A stretch of DNA of 41,135 nucleotides from positions 1 to 41,135 of the forward strand of contig NKIB01014724.1 of NCBI GenBank assembly GCA_002256025.1. The letters run 5' to 3'. The notes below the pieces were generated by a model, which saw only the letters and a list, made by a program, of their open reading frames with translations, was not told the origin of the DNA and searched no databases. Positions 34,198 to 41,135 of the stretch are shown piece by piece (position 1 is the first letter of the stretch; each line of letters begins with the position of its first letter). Source of the stretch: Asterionella formosa. Taxonomy: Eukaryota. The position numbers and the translations under genes are program-made.

Positions 34198-35757
34198 ATG
34201 CTTACAATAAACACAACCATGCTGAGTTTCACTCGAAAGTGCTTCCTTGTCGGCTTTGTCCTGAACTTCGCCATTGGCTTTCCGTCGCTTAGCATATCGA
34301 CTAGGAACAACAAACGAACAGCCAGTAGGCAGCTATATCAATTCGTCCATCCTGAGGAGACAGATGGAGCTCGACGAAGATTAGTCACCCTCACCTCGTC
34401 GGTCACTCTCCTTTCGTTCCTTTGTGAACCTCCGACTGCCTTGGCCGCGCCCCTCCGCCGGAGCACCAAGCAAAAAAAGAAATCAAATACGACTACCTTC
34501 GTCGAATCGCCTGAGCCAGCGGATTTATCACCGGACGTGGTGTTGTCCTCTGAGCGTTACTTATTGCAACTCCTTCCTGTCAAAAATTCTGTCTTTTTGA
34601 AACTGGTTGGATTTGTGGAAAGTCTCAATGCGTTACGATCCACAACGATACCCACGTCGGATACCTGGAGAACGGTTCACAAAACCATGGGAACTGCATT
34701 GGAGTATCTAGACAACCAAAGACGCCAATTGGAACCCATATTTGATCAAGAAGATTCAACTGTCAAACAAATTCGAAAGGGAGAACGGGGAGAACGATTG
34801 GCAGAAAGTTTGCGAGAAGAATTGGTTGCATTGGTACAATGTACCTACGCTGAACAAATGGAAGATACATTTATTCGACAAAAGAAAGCATTACTGATAC
34901 TTGCTGATATTGGAGAACTTTTAGTGCCGTCGTTTCCCTACAAAGTCCCCACCGAAGGCAAGTTTGCCAATTTGCCAAGGCTTGTTGGACGAGCTCGTGT
35001 CACTTTTACTTTCCGACGAGGAATTGATATATTGGGCAATGTCACTATAATGGCTGATGGATTTGCGGCTCCCATTACAGCTGGGAACTTTGTCGATTTG
35101 AGCGTTCGGAACTTTTACACGGGACTACCAATCAAGACGGTGAAGAAAAAGTTAGTGGGTGGTGCTGCTGCGACAGCAAGAACAGGCTTTCTCGGCTTGG
35201 AATCATTCGATTTTGATACCTCAGGCGATGAAAATTCCATAACGTCAATTCCAATTCTTGGTTCCTTTCGAGAAGGATTTTTCGATCCACTGACTGCAAA
35301 ACTAAGAAGAATTCCTCTCGAAATAGTCCGAATGGACAAGCTGTTTGGTGTATTCAGGCTCACTTATGCTAAAGGGTTCTCTGAACCTACTAGCGATGAT
35401 GAGTCGCTAAATATGTACAATACCAACAAACCCGTTTTGAGTTTCGATATTCCGGGCCTAGTGGCTATGAATCACCCAGATAGGATGATCAACGGAGGAT
35501 CTTCTGAATTTTTCTCCCTTCAACCACCGATTTATAATTCTGACAAAGACCAAGCGTTGCTTGATGGTCAGTATGCTCCCTTTGGATACATTATTGATGG
35601 CTATGATATATTTCAATCCTTGAAAGCGAGTGATGTAATCGAATCTACAATGGTGGAAGAATGGGGTCAAGGTAATCTAGTCAAGGTAAAAGGGAACAGT
35701 TTTTCTGACGTTTTGGGAGAACTCGATGATGACGGCACAGGTAAAAAAATTGATTAA
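34198..35757 (+). CDS. Plastid cyclophilin-type PPIase-like protein (CYP37/CYP38-TLP40 family)
   Basis: LPRLVGRA, DGFAAPITAGNFVDL, IPLEI, GLVAM, SSEFF, LDGQYAPFGYII. Signal-like N-terminus (AIG-FP) and a later RR/hydrophobic/ALA segment. Start may be the second Met (34219). Confidence 0.8.
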   Translation: MLTINTTMLSFTRKCFLVGFVLNFAIGFPSLSISTRNNKRTASRQLYQFVHPEETDGARRRLVTLTSSVTLLSFLCEPPTALAAPLRRSTKQKKKSNTTTFVESPEPADLSPDVVLSSERYLLQLLPVKNSVFLKLVGFVESLNALRSTTIPTSDTWRTVHKTMGTALEYLDNQRRQLEPIFDQEDSTVKQIRKGERGERLAESLREELVALVQCTYAEQMEDTFIRQKKALLILADIGELLVPSFPYKVPTEGKFANLPRLVGRARVTFTFRRGIDILGNVTIMADGFAAPITAGNFVDLSVRNFYTGLPIKTVKKKLVGGAAATARTGFLGLESFDFDTSGDENSITSIPILGSFREGFFDPLTAKLRRIPLEIVRMDKLFGVFRLTYAKGFSEPTSDDESLNMYNTNKPVLSFDIPGLVAMNHPDRMINGGSSEFFSLQPPIYNSDKDQALLDGQYAPFGYIIDGYDIFQSLKASDVIESTMVEEWGQGNLVKVKGNSFSDVLGELDDDGTGKKID

Positions 35758-35790
35758 TAAATAGGCAATATGCAGAAAGCTATGGAAACG

Positions 35791-38700
35791 TTATTCGTCG
35801 TCCGACATCTCCCACGATTGTGATTGCAAAAGCCCAAAACTCGCCGATGCTGTCAAAGGTTGATAATATGACGAAGAAACGCTACCATCGTCATGAACAG
35901 ATATTTGGCTTTGATAGTGCACGGGAATGCGCCTGAGTGAGACTCCGAATTGATTTTCGGTATGGGCAATGCTTCGGCCGAGGTGTTGGCTATTTGTCGA
36001 AGTACTGCTGGCTCTACTCTTGGAGGGACCCATAGACTGGGCACTTTTCAGGGAACTCTTTCCTCCAACCCGAGAAAAACTTGTGGGTGGCGGTACTGTT
36101 GGGACTCTTTGATCATTACTTTCGTCACTTTTACTTCGCCGGAGCCGCTGCTTTGGTTGACTTGGCTGAGATTCCAATCTAGGAGAAACGTTAAATCCTA
36201 CTTTTTCGCCTTGACTGACGCTTGCCATTCCCATTGCCTTTGCTATTAAGCTGTTCCTTGGAGAAGTATCTCGACGGGTGAGATCTGTATCAAGCTCAGA
36301 AGGGACAACAATGGCGGGTTCAATAGTCAACACTTCTGCGCTACTCGCGAGACAGACAGGAACATAGGCAGCCTTGTGTGCGTCAACAAGAAAGCGTCGA
36401 AATTCCTCGCGTCGGTCGACACTCGTCGGTACATGGTTATCCCAACCATCCAAACTCGATGACGTATACAGCGAGGTGTCAACATATGATTTCAAGAATC
36501 TTCTGTGCATGATTATTCTGAAGAAAAAGACCGGAACGAATGGCAGAACTGCGAAGACAGCAGGCCCGACAGCTTTCTTGAGAGCCATCATTGTACTAAG
36601 GAGAATCATTGCGGTAAACATTGATGATATGAGAATCTCAAACAAAAAGGGCCAGTGACCACCGCCAGCATCGTAGTTTGGTCGGTAAACAAAGATAAGA
36701 TTGCGACGCATCAAGGGCCAGCAAAAGAGGAAGTACATAAAGGCGAAGGGAGTGACCAGAGGAGCTGCTGGACCCAGGGCGACAGCACAGAGGAAAACAA
36801 CACCAGAATCGAGGTAAATTCTATAAGGGACAGGTCCCCCAGGTCCACCCCCACGGTTAATTCTAGAGCAACATTTCCATCCAAGAAATGTAAAGAGAAA
36901 CGAGTTCATTTGAATCAAATACTGAAGCGGAAGGGTGATTGTAGATCGTACAATGATCCAGTTCAGCCATGTAGCGCTGATAATTGTAGGAATTGTTGCT
37001 GCAACATTGGCCAACACTTTTGTGGCTTCGGCTCCGATGCTCAGACCTGCATTGAATCCCTGAATGACCATGTTTGCGAGAGAGTTTCCAGTGAAAGCCG
37101 TAAGAATAAGGAACCACCAGTAGTATTGCATTGCCTTGAACTCGGCCTTATAAACACTGTGAGCATTGCTTCCGAAATTTGCAATAGTCTTAAACATGGT
37201 TGGGCACAGGGCAAAAAAAGTAGTCCAGATTAAGGCTGGTAAGATACCAGAAAAGATGTTATTGATAATAACGCTCTTTTGTACCCACTCTTCATAACCA
37301 GGGATGAGCTCGTTCAACTTTGACGCATCAATCAAACTGGTAGCAAAAGTTAGGGGAATAGTGTAGAACACATAAATAGACCCAAGAAGAAGCAAAGAAA
37401 AATAGTAACGAACCAACTTTTGCTTGTCATTGAGGCTGATAGTGACTGGGCGACAGCAACCACGACAAGGGCAAAGGGCAAAAGGAGCTGCATCAGCAAG
37501 AGGTGAGATAGGAATTTCTTCGTAGGTCGTCCATCGGTCTAATGCTCGTCCATCAGCAAGGCACTGACGAGCAGCACAAGCTGCTTGTCGTGATGTAAAT
37601 GTTACAATTGCATACGTTGTTTCACGGGAAAGAGCATCTATAATATTTTTCCCTGCAAAACCCTTTGAATCAGTCAAAAACTCTGATGAACCTGAATGCT
37701 CAGTCTTTCCTTCATTTTGCCCAAAATACTCTTTAAATGTAGGAGCATGGACGACTCCAGTGTCTGCCTTGCCTTGCTTCATCAGGCGGCTCATGAGTGT
37801 AGTATTTGCTGGGTCATTGACAATTTTATTGACAAGCTCCCAATATCTGCTTGTCGTCTTTTTGGGCTTGATTGTCTTGGATTTTAGTGCACGAATGGAC
37901 ACTGAATTGGAAAGGTGGAATGCGCGATAGCTCTCATATGGCTCCATACTCATCTCCAAAGTAGACCTTTCATGACATGCTGCAGCACAATCTGCTATTG
38001 GTGCTTCCATATTCTGCGGATTAATAATGGCATGCTTCTGAGCCTGTCGTAGTAGTAAATTGGCAGTATGGACTTCTTCTTTGGCATCTTCTTCCAGTTC
38101 TCTTAGGTCGTCAATTCTCATACGCGCAATACGCCCTTCGAACATTCCATGTGGGCAACAAGCAGCAGCACTTTGTGCGAATTCTCGACTGTATACCGCA
38201 GTCTGTTCTGGACCAAATTCAAAGGATATAAATAAATTGGATTGATCAACATCTCCATCAAAACTGGCACCAAGAACATCGCGATAGTATCCCTTGTTCT
38301 CTGCCGAAAGATCATAAATGCCACTCGTCACCCTCTCTTCACTGTGACTTCGCCGAGGAGGCTTTGCTTTGCTTTTTTCCCCTGTGCTGGGCCTTCGACT
38401 AAGCGTGGACCCCTCACGTCCTGATGATGAGCGCCCTGAAGAAAAGGTGAGAGTCCGATTCTTGGTAGGGTCTGTAATTGCACCAGGCAGCTCAAATTCT
38501 CGGTCATCGTCATCGTCCTCGTCTTGCTCCTCGTTGTCTTCCGAAATATCATAGTGGACACGATCTCGTATCAGACCTCGAATGTACCGGAGTTTTCGTA
38601 GCTTCGCAGCGGCACTATACCACCTTCCCCATGCCCTTGCAAGGTCGGACGCTGATGGCAAGATGGTAATGGCGGCAATGGATGAACTATATCCAGGTTG

Positions 38701-39858
38701 ATTTGGGACACATCGATCAAAGTATTCCCCTGCAAATGTAAGCTGCCAATCAATATTTTGTCGTCTAGAGGCATTGATCGCGGCTTCCACGTCATCTTCA
38801 TTTATTTCAAAACTAGGAGCAGCTGGTAATCCACCTACCAAAACACTGTACAGTGCTATATTGGGAACTGTGTCTCGTTGTTCTGGATGAGGAATCCAAG
38901 GATCGCGGTGACGCACTGGGTCATCCCTTTTCTTTGGCACTTGTTCCGCTATTTTGTGAGCACTACCGGAAGCTGAAGCATTGTTCGTTCCTTCATATTC
39001 TTTCAATAGCGTCTGCTGTAATTCTCGCTTGCGTTCTCTCCAATGGTTATATTCCAAGTAATAGACACGTCGAAGGGCCAACATTTCAATCCATTCTTGT
39101 TGAATAGCCATGCAGGCGTACAGACAAATGAGCCAAGAACACAGAACAATCCCATATAATCGTCCCAGAATAGTGGACGGGGCTTGGGTGGCCGCGGCAA
39201 GCGACGGAATATTGGCCAACGTGGTTCGTTCATAGTTGGTCAGGTTGTAGGTCGCAATGTTACAATTCTGTGCGTCTGTGTTGCTAAAATTCCAACATCG
39301 CGCCGACAAATTGAGAGGAAGGATGATAACAAGGCATAGGAATGTCGCCACCAGGGTGATTCTCATGCATAGGGCTGAGTGCAGCAGTGTTCAGCAGTGT
39401 TCAGCAAGCAATTTAACGCAAGTGAGCCAGTGAGTGTGCAGAGTGCAACAATGCCTGTCGTTCCACGGAACAACACGGCCCCCTCCTCTAATTCCATGCT
39501 TCCATGCGCTGTGTCGCCACGTACCATGAAACCGCAACAGCACTATTCCGTCTAGATTGACCTTGAGTAAGGCCCCTTGCAGCCCGCCTTGACGAGTTCC
39601 CGTTCCTGGCACTCCCCGCAATAATTGGTCGTACGACAGTTCATTGCACCATGGAATCCACCCAAACATGGGCGACCCTCGTTTCTGCGCCTTGGACGAT
39701 GGCGATGGGTTGTAAATGACATCGCGGGGCCGTGCGGTGCAACGAGGAGCAATGTACGGCGAACGAGTCCGTACCACAACGCCGAAAAAGCCAAAGCTCA
39801 CAATCATGCACGCCGAGCCACCAACTAATGTGAAGCCAATGGCTTGGAGTGTAGTCAT
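35791..39858 (-). CDS. OSCA/TMEM63 (CSC1, DUF221) osmo/mechanosensitive cation channel, 2 exons (intron 39524-39375)
   Basis: LDGIVLLRF|ALCMRI, YERTTLANI, YSVLVGGLP, YAIVTFTS, APLVTPFAFMYF, LIFVYRPNYDAGGGHWP. GT-AG phase-1 junction restores the frame. Confidence 0.88.
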
Positions 39859-41135
39859 GATTGTTCTTGAGTGATCCTGTTCTTGTTGCTGCTGCTGCTG
39901 CTGCTGGGACACACGCTTCTAGTACAGGTACCTGGTACATATACGTAAGATTGTGACTGGTAGCTCAAAACGGAAATGGCAGCACTATAAAGCAAAAGGC
40001 AGAACAAATTCATGAAGCGGTAAGATAATTACCGGTACCGGTAGGTGATTTTAGAAAAATTGTTTTATCCATTCAAAATATATGTACTATACATGTACCC
40101 GTATATATGATATGTTATATATGTACCGGTATATATAATATGTTTGGAAAGAATGTACAGGCATGTTTGTACAAACCGTATGTAGCTAGTACATAGGAAC
40201 AGGAAACATCAAAGGAAGAATCCCAAATTTCTTTGCTTTCTTTGCCATTATGCTGCTCACCATCACGTGTTTGACATCCTACGTATACTTCTAGATTGCC
40301 GGTAGCTATACTGTTAACGGTAATTTCCCCTAGGTTATAACGGTTCTCCTATCCAAATTGTGATGTATGACACTGGGTCTTCTTGTAATTTAGCAGCCAA
40401 ATTATACGCTTGTTCACATACATATACATGTATATAAATTTCTTCTTCCCCTGCCTTGGCTGAGTTGACCATGCATATTCTCAAAAAAAGAACAGGTCCT
40501 GCTGAGACAAGCAAGGAGGAGAGCATGGCACCAACTTGACCCAATTTTGTTTTTGTCCAACAAAATCAGAGAGGGCTCACAACACACAACATCAACATTT
40601 ACTCTACAGTGGTGGTGGCCAATGCCACTTGCATTATTCATGCATAAACATTGATGGTGCTCTGACATGATACGACTACAAATGGTAGTACTATCCAAAG
40701 GAATGGCGAAGTCATTGTAGGATGTTGCATCCTGTCAACAAGGGTCTTTGATCGTTCCCCTGTGTTCCCCGCCATTCTGTTCAAATATTCCCTGCCTCTT
40801 TATTGGGAACAATGGTCATGGCATGATCATTATTGCTGCTCATCATCATCTGCCAGCCCCCTTACAGCATAATTGATGAGGGTGCTGGTGGTGTTCAAGG
40901 CAATGGTTTCCTGGTGCGGCATCTAAGCTAGCATGCATGTATTATGCAAGGTGACTTTCATGCAAATGAGCCTTGTTTGTTTTGAATGGATCACATGAAC
41001 TAATTGAATAGCTAGCTAGTAGCTTCATCAAAATGCGCACTTGAATACAGCAACGTGGTGTTTTCTGAACAATACATCACCTTCATTACTTAATCAAAAT
41101 ATCATGCACCATGCAGTACTGATCATCACTATATT

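Noticed and set aside
39859..39912. Poly-Gln N-terminal extension of the OSCA protein
   Set aside because: The ORF track starts it at GTG and there is no in-frame upstream ATG. More likely a 5' UTR (CAG)n microsatellite.

Overview
Eukaryotic nuclear DNA, most likely from a diatom or related photosynthetic stramenopile (inferred from short GT-AG introns, ASAFAP-like plastid-targeting presequences and diatom-type gene families). It holds about 11 intact genes: a peroxiredoxin-like protein with an in-frame TGA, a YacP-like NYN RNase, a BTB/POZ protein, a small acidic Trp-repeat protein, two divergent CDPKs, a full-size ABCA transporter, CWC15, NAF1, PIG-V, a plastid cyclophilin-like protein and an OSCA/TMEM63 channel. 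It also holds the 3' end and LTR of a Gypsy element, a decayed 3'-truncated Copia element fused to a ~98%-identical copy of the ABCA 3' end, two convergent tRNA-Ala-derived Pol III-like units, and GGTACC/ACCGGT palindrome clusters in intergenic DNA. The best-supported hidden system is a selenoprotein split in two by the ORF track: TGA 1242-1244 sits in a U-x-x-C redox motif, a canonical SECIS lies at ~1781-1844, and the N-terminus looks plastid-targeting. All calls come from reading the sequence by eye; no searches or folding programs were run.
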